Positions 46,287 through 55,538 of a DNA stretch of 64,000 nucleotides are shown here, one piece after another. The translations under genes were made by a program, and so were the position numbers. Positions within the stretch are counted from its first letter, which is position 1. Each line of letters opens with the position of its first letter. The notes under the pieces were generated by a model. The model saw only the letters and a list, made by a program, of their open reading frames with translations, had not been told where the DNA came from and did no database searches. The stretch comes from an uncultured Candidatus Saccharibacteria bacterium (GTDB taxonomy: Bacteria; Patescibacteriota; Saccharimonadia; Saccharimonadales; JAGQNJ01): assembly GCA_964493895.1 (NCBI GenBank), contig CAZBPY010000003.1:102146-166145 (forward strand), in the 5' to 3' direction.

Positions 46287-48209
46287 CTACTTTTTGTCGT
46301 CGACGACTTCGCCTTCAACCGGCTCATCATCGGCATCATTTTTCTTAGATTTTGGCTTGTCGTCCGACTTGTCATCGGAATCCTTGGTTTCATCTTTGGA
46401 AGCCTGCTCGTACATCTTAGCACCAATCGGCATGATTTTATCGTTCAGCTCTTTGACGGCTGCTTCCAATTTTTCTTTGTCAGCTTTTTCGTCGGCCACA
46501 ACTTTCTTGGCAGCTTCGACGGCTTTATCCAAAGTTTTCTTGTCTTCATCAGACAATTTGTCGCCGTTATCTTTTTTTAGCTTCTCAGCCTGGTAAACGG
46601 CATTGTCCAATTGGTTGCGCATTTCAATGACTTGGCGCTTTTTCTTGTCCTCTTCGGCATGAGCTTCAGCTTCTTTAGCGGCTTTTTCAACCTCTTCCTT
46701 GTCCAGGTTACCAGAGTTCTGAATAGTGATCGATTGCTCTTTGCCGGAGCCTTTATCCTTAGCAGTGACGTTCAAAATGCCGTTGGCGTCAATGTTAAAG
46801 GTAACTTCGATTTGCGGCACGCCGCGCGGAGCCGGCGGAATTCCATCCAGCACAAAGCGGCCCAGTGATTTATTGTCAGCAACCATTTCGCGCTCGCCTT
46901 GAACCACGTGAACCTCGACTTGCGGCTGGTTGTCAGCAGCTGTCGAGAAAACCTCGGACTTCGAAGTTGGAATGGTGGTGTTACGCTCAATCAGCTTCGT
47001 GGCCACACCGCCCAGAGTCTCAATACCCAGAGACAACGGAGTCACGTCCAGCAGCAAGACATCTTTAACGTCGCCCTGGAGCACGCCGCCCTGGATAGCC
47101 GCACCAACCGCTACAACCTCGTCGGGGTTAACACCCTTTAGAGGCTCTTTACCAAAGAATTCCTTAACCTTCTGCTGAACTGCCGGCATGCGGGTCATAC
47201 CGCCAACCAGAATAACTTCGTCGATGTCTTTGGCATCCAGCTTGGCATCTTTCAGAGCCTTTTTGCACGGCTCGACAGTTTTGTCGATGTAATCTTGAAC
47301 TAGTTCGACCAACTTGGCGCGGGTCAATTTGTATTCAAAGTGCTTTGGACCTTCGGCATCGGCCGTCAAGAATGGCAAGTTAATGTCAGCTACTTCGGTG
47401 GTTGACAATTCTTTCTTGGCTTTTTCGGCTTCTTCCTTAAGTCGCTGCATAGCGGCCTTGTCGGACTTCACATCAATGCCGGACTCTTTCTTGAACTCGT
47501 CAACAAAATGATTGACGATCTTAAGGTCAAAATCTTCGCCGCCAAGATGAGTATCGCCGTTAGTGGCCAGCACCTCAAACACGCCATCGCCCAATTGCAA
47601 AATTGAGATATCGAAAGTACCGCCGCCCAGGTCGAAGACAGCTACTTTCTCTTCTTTCTTCTGATCCAAGCCATAAGCCAGAGCCGCAGCCGTTGGCTCG
47701 TTAATAATTCGTTTGACTTCCAGACCAGCAATTTTTCCAGCGTCCTTTGTAGCCTGGCGCTGGGAGTCATCGAAGTAAGCCGGCACAGTAATGACGGCTT
47801 CGGTAACCGGTTCGCCCAAGAATTTCTCGGCATCGGCCTTGAGTTTACCAAGGATCATCGCGCTGACCTCTTCGGGGCTGTATTGTTTGTCGCCCATTTT
47901 GACCTTAACGCTGCTGCTTCCCGATTTGACGATTTCATACGGCATCAGATCAATGTCTTTTTGGACTTCTTTATCGCTAAACTTCCGGCCAATCAGGCGC
48001 TTGATACCAAAAATAGTATTCTTTGGGTTAGTCACCCGTTGACGGTTGGCCACCTGGCCGACCAAGCGCTCACCATTCTTATTGATAGCCACCACCGAAG
48101 GTGTCGTCCGGTTACCCTCAGAGTTAGCAATAATCTCCGGCTTGCCCGACTGCATCACAGCCATCGCCGAGTTGGTTGTTCCTAAATCAATTCCTATAAT
48201 TTTTCCCAT
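46287..48209 (-). CDS. dnaK: Chaperone DnaK (Hsp70)
   Basis: GIDLGTTNS and DLGGGTFD motifs. Confidence 0.98.
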   Translation of the reverse strand: MGKIIGIDLGTTNSAMAVMQSGKPEIIANSEGNRTTPSVVAINKNGERLVGQVANRQRVTNPKNTIFGIKRLIGRKFSDKEVQKDIDLMPYEIVKSGSSSVKVKMGDKQYSPEEVSAMILGKLKADAEKFLGEPVTEAVITVPAYFDDSQRQATKDAGKIAGLEVKRIINEPTAAALAYGLDQKKEEKVAVFDLGGGTFDISILQLGDGVFEVLATNGDTHLGGEDFDLKIVNHFVDEFKKESGIDVKSDKAAMQRLKEEAEKAKKELSTTEVADINLPFLTADAEGPKHFEYKLTRAKLVELVQDYIDKTVEPCKKALKDAKLDAKDIDEVILVGGMTRMPAVQQKVKEFFGKEPLKGVNPDEVVAVGAAIQGGVLQGDVKDVLLLDVTPLSLGIETLGGVATKLIERNTTIPTSKSEVFSTAADNQPQVEVHVVQGEREMVADNKSLGRFVLDGIPPAPRGVPQIEVTFNIDANGILNVTAKDKGSGKEQSITIQNSGNLDKEEVEKAAKEAEAHAEEDKKKRQVIEMRNQLDNAVYQAEKLKKDNGDKLSDEDKKTLDKAVEAAKKVVADEKADKEKLEAAVKELNDKIMPIGAKMYEQASKDETKDSDDKSDDKPKSKKNDADDEPVEGEVVDDKK

Positions 48210-48490
48210 TAATAACCTCCTTCGTAATCCTCAATTATTCCTAAATCTTCATACATTTCCATGAGTGGATCCTTTATCTGAATCACGTTGCCGGCACTTT
48301 GCCTTGCTTCGCATCTAAGTTCTTCTTCTAGTTCTACTATTTCATCGTGATGATTTCCCATAAACTCAATTGGTGCATCATCTGGCGTATTGTCCATATC
48401 CTCCAGGTCGCTGGTATCTCCAACTATTATCTCTGGGCCAGTTTGGGATAAGGAGATCTCCCCGTTGTAATCACCTCTAGAGTGTTTCAT
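48209..48490 (-). CDS. Hypothetical acidic small protein between grpE and dnaK
   Basis: 93-aa ORF. ATGA overlap with the grpE stop and TAATG overlap with the dnaK start. Confidence 0.45.
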   Translation of the reverse strand: MKHSRGDYNGEISLSQTGPEIIVGDTSDLEDMDNTPDDAPIEFMGNHHDEIVELEEELRCEARQSAGNVIQIKDPLMEMYEDLGIIEDYEGGY

Positions 48491-48954
48491 TTTTTGGGCT
48501 CCTTCTTAACCTTAACCATGGCGTGACGAATAACTTGATCGCCTAACATATATCCAGGCTGCATTTCTTCGACCACAACTTCATGATCGCCGTTACCTTC
48601 CTCCATGCCGACCGCTTCGTGCAACAGAGGGTCAAACATTTCGCCGACAGTCTTGATCTTCTGAACGCCCATTTGCTCAAGGGTCTGTTCGAACTGTTTT
48701 ACGACACCTTGCACACCTTTGACGAAATCGTTGCCTTCCAAATCTTTTGGCACGTGTTTCAGGGATCTTTCAAAGTTGTCGATCACAGGCAGCAGCTCGT
48801 CGATAACGCCAGCCTTAACAACGTCCCGGATTCGGGCGATCTGATCATCGTGACGGCGGCGAATATTGACAGCATCAGCCCTTTCTCGTTGCAAAGCTTC
48901 GGTCAGTTCCGCCACTTGCTGCTGCAACTCTTTAACGGTCGGCTTCTTAGACAT
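48487..48954 (-). CDS. grpE: Nucleotide exchange factor GrpE
   Basis: Coiled-coil N-terminus, VIDNFERS motif and a C-terminal beta domain. Start at ATG 48954. Confidence 0.9.
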   Translation of the reverse strand: MSKKPTVKELQQQVAELTEALQRERADAVNIRRRHDDQIARIRDVVKAGVIDELLPVIDNFERSLKHVPKDLEGNDFVKGVQGVVKQFEQTLEQMGVQKIKTVGEMFDPLLHEAVGMEEGNGDHEVVVEEMQPGYMLGDQVIRHAMVKVKKEPKK

Positions 48955-49004
48955 AGCTACCTCGCTTAAATCTTTCCAACAACAGGTCAATGAACATCAA
49001 TAGC

Positions 49005-49709
49005 TCAAACATACAAGGCCTCCTCGAGAGCCTGTCCGGTGCGCTGAACAAGGCCGATGGTCCCGCGATAACTCTGGCGAGTTGGCCCTAAAACACCAAT
49101 GTAACTCTGGTCAGAATACGGGCTGCGAAAGCGGCTGATTATAAGACTGCAGCCGGCGCTGCCGCCGATGGGGTTTTCTGAACCAATGTAAACGTTCAGT
49201 GGCTGGTTGGGAGCGGCCTCGCGCAACCAGGGTTGTAAATTGTCTAGAAGCCTGGCAACCTCCTGGACTTGGCCCGGATGCATAAACTCCGGCTGGCCAA
49301 ACAGGTTGCCGAGGCCGCTCATGTACAGCTGATCACCAATAGTCGCCAGACCTAAATTACTGGTTAGTTCGACTAGCGTGTCAACAGCGTTGCGGATTGA
49401 TTGCTCAGGAGCCCCGGCATCGCTAACTCGAGCTGTCAAAGCCCGCTCGGCATGTTTCGGCGGCTGGGCCACTGAAGAACTTTGAATTTCATTGACATAG
49501 TGGCGATAACCCCTGTCAGTCGGCACGCGGCCGGCCGAAGTGTGGGGCTGTTTGATATATCCCTGGCGCTCTAGTTCAGCCATTTCTGCCCTAATGGTCG
49601 CCGACGACACCCCAAAAGCTTTGGCCAACAAACTAGATCCCACCGGAGCAGCGACTTCGGCGTATTGCTCGATAATTGCAGCCAGTAATTTTTCTTGCCT
49701 TTTAGTCAT
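49005..49709 (-). CDS. hrcA: Heat-inducible repressor HrcA (short form)
   Basis: MTKRQEKLLAAIIEQY...VGSSLLA...VSSATIRAEMAELE pattern. CIRCE operators lie upstream. Confidence 0.85.
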   Translation of the reverse strand: MTKRQEKLLAAIIEQYAEVAAPVGSSLLAKAFGVSSATIRAEMAELERQGYIKQPHTSAGRVPTDRGYRHYVNEIQSSSVAQPPKHAERALTARVSDAGAPEQSIRNAVDTLVELTSNLGLATIGDQLYMSGLGNLFGQPEFMHPGQVQEVARLLDNLQPWLREAAPNQPLNVYIGSENPIGGSAGCSLIISRFRSPYSDQSYIGVLGPTRQSYRGTIGLVQRTGQALEEALYV

Positions 49710-49720
49710 CTATAGAAAAA

Positions 49721-49747
49721 CTAGCACTCAGTTAATACTGGTGCTAG
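49721..49747. promoter_or_regulatory. CIRCE-like operator (degenerate)
   Basis: cTAGCACTC-N9-tgGTGCTAg. Confidence 0.6.
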
Positions 49748-49756
49748 TGTATAAAA

Positions 49757-49783
49757 TTAGCACTCGCATGTCAAGAGTGCCAA
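49757..49783. promoter_or_regulatory. CIRCE operator overlapping the -35 TTGACA of the hrcA promoter
   Basis: TTAGCACTC-N9-GAGTGCcAA. The minus strand reads TTGACA-N17-TACACT. Confidence 0.8.
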
Positions 49784-49786
49784 CTA

Positions 49787-50269
49787 CTAAGCATGGTCCC
49801 GCTGCCACGGTAAAGCATGCGAAGCTTTGGCAAGAGCGACCACCAAATCAAGCTCGGAAAGACCCTGTTTTACCATAGTGTGTGGTGATAAAAGAATCTC
49901 TTCCTCTGTTACAAGGCCGCTTCCATCAAGCGCATTTCTGCCCTGTACCATACTTATGAAATTGGTGCCCCCTGGCTCATCGTCCAGAGCAAACTGCACC
50001 AATTTTTCCCGTCCATTACGCAGTGGTGTAATTCTTACTGCACCGCCTATTAGGCCCATCGAATTGTCTTTGTGAGTTTCAGAATGTATCATGTCGCCCC
50101 AAAAATTAGCATCACGCCTCTCTGATTTAATACCTTTGGCTAACCAGTGGGCGACCGGCCATACTAATCTAGGCTTCAACCCTCTATCTTCGATTGGATT
50201 TCCTAATGATCCATTCCGCTGCCGGGTTTCTGGTTTGTAGGCTGGGTGTATTCTTTCTAATTCGAACAT
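49787..50269 (-). CDS. Hypothetical protein, 160 aa (paralogue A)
   Basis: Long ORF with no motif recognised. Collinear weak similarity to the next gene. Confidence 0.5.
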   Translation of the reverse strand: MFELERIHPAYKPETRQRNGSLGNPIEDRGLKPRLVWPVAHWLAKGIKSERRDANFWGDMIHSETHKDNSMGLIGGAVRITPLRNGREKLVQFALDDEPGGTNFISMVQGRNALDGSGLVTEEEILLSPHTMVKQGLSELDLVVALAKASHALPWQRDHA

Positions 50270-50280
50270 GCTAGTCCTTT

Positions 50281-50763
50281 CTATTGGTAATCGGGCGTCA
50301 GTGTTTGCAGCTGTGCAATCTCTACATTAATTGGAGGTAGATAACCTTTTGGAGCATGATCCAAAGCGGCCATGACTTGCTTCATAGAATGGCGATTCAT
50401 ATTCCTAGAGATTTCGAATCCATCATTTGCCAACCGCAACACCACACTGCCATGACTGCTATTCAGCGGGCAGTCGCCTATTAGGTCATACTCTGCCTTA
50501 AAAACAAAATCGCTGCCAGTTCCACCGTCAAGGTTAAAGGTTATATTAGTAATTTCTCTGTTAATACCTGTTTTTCCCAGTGTTCTACAAACCTGCAGGC
50601 TGCCAACCTGCCTTTCATCACCCTCTGTTTGCCGAACACTCACTTCTGAACCATTACGATATTGTCGGACATCAGGCTCAATTTCTTGTCCCCCCGCTAA
50701 AACTTGTCTAATAAAATGTTTTTCACGCCATGACGGCTTGTGGTAAATGACCGAATCCTTCAT
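50281..50763 (-). CDS. Hypothetical protein, 160 aa (paralogue B)
   Basis: Same length as its neighbour. Shares RQ(Y)RNGS, D(G)GTxxxF and ALxxAxxxLP patches. Confidence 0.5.
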   Translation of the reverse strand: MKDSVIYHKPSWREKHFIRQVLAGGQEIEPDVRQYRNGSEVSVRQTEGDERQVGSLQVCRTLGKTGINREITNITFNLDGGTGSDFVFKAEYDLIGDCPLNSSHGSVVLRLANDGFEISRNMNRHSMKQVMAALDHAPKGYLPPINVEIAQLQTLTPDYQ

Positions 50764-50838
50764 AAAACCTATTATCCAGTTTGCGGTGGGCTTTGGCGAG
50801 CTTGAGCAGTTTATTTTGTGCTGGCATTTATGATTCTT

Positions 50839-50844
50839 TATAAT
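50839..50844 (+). promoter_or_regulatory. -10 box TATAAT, 6 nt before ATG 50851
   Basis: tttaTAATctagctATG reads as TATAAT-N6-ATG. No SD. Confidence 0.45.
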
Positions 50845-50850
50845 CTAGCT

Positions 50851-51504
50851 ATGGAGCAACCTCAGATTGAACAAATCAAAAACTGGCTTGGGACCGGGTC
50901 GATAAATATTTTTGGCATGCCATTTGCCGGCAAAGATACTCAGGCTAAAAGACTAGCCAAAACTCTGGATGCCGACTTGATCCAAAGCGGTGAAATTATT
51001 CGCCAAGCCGCTTTATCTTCCGAAGGCGGATCGGCCAGGGATAGTGGCGAACTGGCTCCTCAGGATGAATACTTGGCGACCATCTTGCCGTACCTTAAAA
51101 GTGATGACTATAAAGACCGGCGCCTGATTTTGTCGTCGTTGGGACGTTGGGACGGAGAACAGCAAGTCATCATGCAGGCTTGCGCTGATTCCGGCCACCC
51201 CCTGAAAGCTGTGGTGTTGCTAAAAATTACGCCGCAAGAAGCCGAAAAGCGTTGGCAGGCTCATCAAACGATTGGTGATCGCGGTCAAAGAGCTGATGAT
51301 TCATCGGCAGCTTTCCAGAAGCGCTTTGATGTTTACAAGACAAAAACTTTGCCAGTCATTGAGTATTACCGCGACCACGGTTTGCTAATCGAAATTGATG
51401 GCTTGCCTGATGTCGACACGGTTACCGAAATGATTCAGTCCGCACTGCTTGAGCGGCTAGGTAAGCCAAGCCGACCACTGGAACAATCCGACAATCTGGT
51501 GTAG
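50851..51504 (+). CDS. Adenylate kinase-like nucleoside monophosphate kinase (divergent P-loop)
   Basis: GMPFAGKDTQAKRLA compares with the canonical GxPGxGKGTQ. Followed by LIQSGEIIR. Confidence 0.6.
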   Translation: MEQPQIEQIKNWLGTGSINIFGMPFAGKDTQAKRLAKTLDADLIQSGEIIRQAALSSEGGSARDSGELAPQDEYLATILPYLKSDDYKDRRLILSSLGRWDGEQQVIMQACADSGHPLKAVVLLKITPQEAEKRWQAHQTIGDRGQRADDSSAAFQKRFDVYKTKTLPVIEYYRDHGLLIEIDGLPDVDTVTEMIQSALLERLGKPSRPLEQSDNLV

Positions 51505-52021
51505 TGCCATTTACATGGTAGCTCACAATATCGTCAGGCAGTCCTTTTTGGCGAGCAACAAGTAAGGCTCTTTGTGGCATGGTAATATATTCTACTCGGC
51601 CATCGGTGACACTAATGAAACTTGCTGCCTTGTCTGTAGAAACAGCGGATATTTTCTCCATTGTATGGCGCATAATATTCTGGGTGCGGGCCAGCACTCG
51701 TTCCATTTCACTCTCACCATTATCTGGTGCGGCGTAAACTTGCTTGTGATCAGTTTGAAGTCGACGCAGATAATCGGCCATTGGTATCAAGGTCTCCATC
51801 TCACCCTCTGGACTGCGAACCAGAGCAGCGCCATAAAAAGTTTCCGGATTAAGAGTCGGCTGCGTTTTAATGACAGAATCGAGAGCCTCAAGTGTGCAGA
51901 CCGAAGGAACTACCAGTCTGCTGCCAACATGAAGTACATTATACTCAGCGTCATAAGCCAATGGTTGCCACCCTTCGTGTGACAGCCGGTTATAAAACGG
52001 AGCGCCAAGTCGTTCTGGCAT
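51422..52021 (-). CDS. Hypothetical protein
   Basis: 199-aa ORF with no motif. Its 3' end overlaps the convergent kinase gene by 83 nt. Confidence 0.4.
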   Translation of the reverse strand: MPERLGAPFYNRLSHEGWQPLAYDAEYNVLHVGSRLVVPSVCTLEALDSVIKTQPTLNPETFYGAALVRSPEGEMETLIPMADYLRRLQTDHKQVYAAPDNGESEMERVLARTQNIMRHTMEKISAVSTDKAASFISVTDGRVEYITMPQRALLVARQKGLPDDIVSYHVNGTTPDCRIVPVVGLAYLAAQAVRTESFR

Positions 52022-52075
52022 GTTGTAATTATACGCCTTTATGGCAAAGCAAGCATAAACAATATCTTGATACGG

Positions 52076-53854
52076 TCAGTCGCGCCGCAGCATGACCGTA
52101 AAAGCTTCCGGCGGAATTTCGACATTGCCGAATTTTTTCATCCGGGCCTTACCACGTTTTTGCTTTTGAAGTTGTTTTTTCTTCCTGGAAACGTCACCGC
52201 CATACAGCCCAACCGTGACATCTTTGCGAAAAGCACTCAAATCTTCACGGGCAATAAACTTGCCGCCAATTGCTGCCTGCAGAGCCACTTTAAATTGTTG
52301 GCGGGGAATGACTTCTTTTAACTTAGTTACCACCTCGCGGCCTAAGCCCACCGATTCGCTGCGGTGGGTAATGACTGACAAGGCTTCAACCATCTCGCCG
52401 GCCACATAAAAATCGACTCGGACCAAGTCTTCAGCTCGGTAGTTATCCAGCTCATAATTAAATGACCCGTAACCACTGGTGACAGTTTTAAGCTGGTCAT
52501 AAAAATCAGTTAGCAGGTTAGCCAAAGGAGCTTCAAAATTTAACACTGTCAGATCGTCAACATAGGACAGATTTTTCTGGCGCCCGCGTTTAGAGGCAAT
52601 CAACTGAATGACTGCTCCCACATAGTCTTTAGGTACGACAATTTCGCCCTTGATCCAAGGTTCGCGGATCTCAGCTACCGTTGAGGTGTCCGGCAGATCA
52701 GCCGCTGATCTAATGTCCAGTTGCTGGCCGTTGGTTAACACCACCTCATAATCGGTCGATGGGTTAGTAACGATTAATTCCAGGTTGTATTCGCGCTGCA
52801 ACCGCTCTTTGACAATATCCATATGCAACAGCCCCAAGAAACCAATGCGCAGACCAAAACCCAGCACCGGCGAATTTTCCGGATCATAACGCAGTGCCGA
52901 ATCCGACAAGCTCAACTTTTCGACGGCTTCCTTGAGTAGGTTGTATTCCTCATTACTGGTCGGGAAAAAGCCAGCATAAACAAATGGCTGGACATCCTTA
53001 TAACCGGGCAGGGCCTCGGTCGCCTGATTAGCAGCCAGAGTGATAGTATCACCGACTTTGGCTTCGCGGGTACTTTTTAGGTTGGTAACAATATAGCCAA
53101 TTTCGCCGGTGTTAAGTTCTGCCAAAGGGCTCATTTCCGGCGTTAGTTGGCCAACTTCCAGCGCCAGAGCCTTAGCGCCACTAGCCATCATCTGTACCTC
53201 ATCACCTTTTTTGATAACGCCGTCTTTTATGCGAGTGTATAAAATAACTCCGCGATAATCGTCATAGTAGCTGTCAAAAATCAGCGCCCGAGTTGCCTTA
53301 CCAGGTTGACCATTTGGCGGAGGGATATCCTTGAGTATCCGGTTTAGAACCTCTTCGACACCATGTCCGGTCTTGGCTGAAATTTGCAAAATATCTTCCT
53401 GGTCGCAACCCAGCAGCGACATTATTTCGTGGCTGACTCGCTCGACATCGGCGGCTGGTAAGTCAATTTTATTAAGCACTGGAATTAGTTTTAGATCGGC
53501 CGCCATGGCTAAATAAACATTGGCCAAAGTCTGAGCCTGAATTCCTTGACTGGCATCGACCACCAAAATTGCACCTTCACAAGCCTCCAGACTGCGCGAT
53601 ACTTCGTAAGAAAAATCGACATGGCCCGGCGTATCTATCAAGTTCAGTTCGTAATCTTCATACCTCATCCTAACCGGCTGCAACTTGATGGTGATACCCT
53701 TTTCCCGCTCTAGATCCATTCTATCCAGCAGCTGATTTTTCATGGCACGCTTTTCAACCGTCCCTGTCAATTCCAACAACCGGTCAGCTAAAGTCGACTT
53801 ACCGTGATCAATATGAGCAATAATACAAAAGTTACGAATGTGGTCTTGATTCAT
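52076..53854 (-). CDS. lepA: Translation elongation factor 4 (LepA)
   Basis: IRNFCIIAHIDHGKSTLADRLLE and DTPGHVDF motifs. Confidence 0.97.
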   Translation of the reverse strand: MNQDHIRNFCIIAHIDHGKSTLADRLLELTGTVEKRAMKNQLLDRMDLEREKGITIKLQPVRMRYEDYELNLIDTPGHVDFSYEVSRSLEACEGAILVVDASQGIQAQTLANVYLAMAADLKLIPVLNKIDLPAADVERVSHEIMSLLGCDQEDILQISAKTGHGVEEVLNRILKDIPPPNGQPGKATRALIFDSYYDDYRGVILYTRIKDGVIKKGDEVQMMASGAKALALEVGQLTPEMSPLAELNTGEIGYIVTNLKSTREAKVGDTITLAANQATEALPGYKDVQPFVYAGFFPTSNEEYNLLKEAVEKLSLSDSALRYDPENSPVLGFGLRIGFLGLLHMDIVKERLQREYNLELIVTNPSTDYEVVLTNGQQLDIRSAADLPDTSTVAEIREPWIKGEIVVPKDYVGAVIQLIASKRGRQKNLSYVDDLTVLNFEAPLANLLTDFYDQLKTVTSGYGSFNYELDNYRAEDLVRVDFYVAGEMVEALSVITHRSESVGLGREVVTKLKEVIPRQQFKVALQAAIGGKFIAREDLSAFRKDVTVGLYGGDVSRKKKQLQKQKRGKARMKKFGNVEIPPEAFTVMLRRD

Positions 53855-53886
53855 CGATGCCGTATTATAACAGAGGTGGGAATCTG

Positions 53887-55479
53887 TTACCAGTCAATCC
53901 GAATTGGCCTTAGAACAAGTTTTTTGAGGCGGTCGACTACCGGCTTGGATTCCTCGATGTTAAATAGCCAGGAGATCAGCAGATAGACGCCGAAAGAGAC
54001 TGCTGTGATAGCCGCTAACTTGGTACCTAAAGTTATAAAACCGCGGTCGCCAATCCCGAGCGGCATGATTGAAACCATTATGAAGGTTGCCACAATGGCA
54101 AAGCCGGTGGCTGATAATATCCGTGTCAGATCGCCAAGAAATCGAAGGGTAAATAACTTGCGATCACGGATGGTTATGATTATAACCAGTACAAACACTT
54201 CAAACATAGCCGCCAAAGTCTGGGCTAGTGCCAATCCGGCCACATTGTAAGTTGCGCCCTGGGTCAGCTTCCAAGCTAGATAAATGTTTAGGGCAATGGT
54301 AAAAATCGATACCGCCAATGGTGTCCAGCTGTCCTTATGGGCATAAAACCACCGCGAAATTATCTGGTAAATAATCCGAAAGAAGATTGCTCCGGACAGG
54401 AAACCTAAAATCAAGGCTATTTGCGGAGCGTCCTGAGTGAAAATAATACGCGCTAAATAGCCGCGAGCGAAATAGGCCACTAAAATCACCGGCATTGAAA
54501 TCCAAATCATGGCCCTTAGTATTTTTATGAAATCTTTGCGGAACAGATCCGGTCGATTCTGGCTGAGACGTTCTGACAGTTTTGGAAAAGCTGCTGTCGA
54601 AATGGCCGTACCTATTAACATAATCGGTGTGGTGTGCAGGACATAAGCATTTTCATAGTAGGAAATTCGACCTTCACCCAGGCGGGCGGCAAAGTTTGTT
54701 TCAACAATCGAGTTAATGGCATCAATTCCTTGGTCAATCGAGCGAGCTGGCAACTGCCGCAACACACCTCGGAAAACTTTGTCTTCCCAGGCAATAACTA
54801 CATTGTAACGATATCTGGTCCCCCACATTCCAATTATGGCAATTACCAGTTGAAGAAGTGCGCCAACGGCTGCACCAATTCCCAGACCAACAATGCCGAT
54901 ATTCCCGCGAAAGACAAAAATACTGCCAATAATTGCCAGGTTATAAAACAGCGGTGCAATGGCGTAAAAGAAGAACCGGCCAACAGTTTGCTGGACGCTC
55001 ATCAAAATTCCGGCGATAGTGAAAAACAAAGGATTCAAAGCTATCAGCCGCATTATCAGAACGGCGTTGTCCATTTGAGTTGGGCTCATTCCGGGGGCGA
55101 CGATGTGGCTCATCAAGGGCTCAGCAAAGATAAAAATTGCCAAACCAATTAGGAAAGTCAAAATCCACATCAGGTTGATCAAACTTGATGTCAACCGCCA
55201 TGCTCCAGCTTTATCGCCCTTCTCCAACCGGTCAGCTAAGAATGGGATAAAGGCTACGCCTAAGGCGCCGGCGGCGATTGTCACAAAGAAGAAATCGGGG
55301 ATTTTAAAAGCCGCGAAAAATGCATCGGTGCTGCCATCGCCGGTAGCTGGGAAGTTTGCATTAATCAACTTAACCCTTAGAAATCCCAGGACTTGGCCTA
55401 TCAGAGAAATACCGATCAACAGCGTGGCTGCGCCACTGACCGACATACTCTGGGTAGCTCTTTTCAGTAACCGATTCAT
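53887..55479 (-). CDS. murJ: Lipid II flippase MurJ (MviN)
   Basis: About 14 TM segments. N-terminal SRVLGFLR-like LGFLRVKLINANF. Confidence 0.85.
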   Translation of the reverse strand: MNRLLKRATQSMSVSGAATLLIGISLIGQVLGFLRVKLINANFPATGDGSTDAFFAAFKIPDFFFVTIAAGALGVAFIPFLADRLEKGDKAGAWRLTSSLINLMWILTFLIGLAIFIFAEPLMSHIVAPGMSPTQMDNAVLIMRLIALNPLFFTIAGILMSVQQTVGRFFFYAIAPLFYNLAIIGSIFVFRGNIGIVGLGIGAAVGALLQLVIAIIGMWGTRYRYNVVIAWEDKVFRGVLRQLPARSIDQGIDAINSIVETNFAARLGEGRISYYENAYVLHTTPIMLIGTAISTAAFPKLSERLSQNRPDLFRKDFIKILRAMIWISMPVILVAYFARGYLARIIFTQDAPQIALILGFLSGAIFFRIIYQIISRWFYAHKDSWTPLAVSIFTIALNIYLAWKLTQGATYNVAGLALAQTLAAMFEVFVLVIIITIRDRKLFTLRFLGDLTRILSATGFAIVATFIMVSIMPLGIGDRGFITLGTKLAAITAVSFGVYLLISWLFNIEESKPVVDRLKKLVLRPIRIDW

Positions 55480-55538
55480 TCTCTCCCATTATAGGAGTTG
55501 GATGAGCATTTTACCAAGCTAAAATTAGTCGAAAAAGT

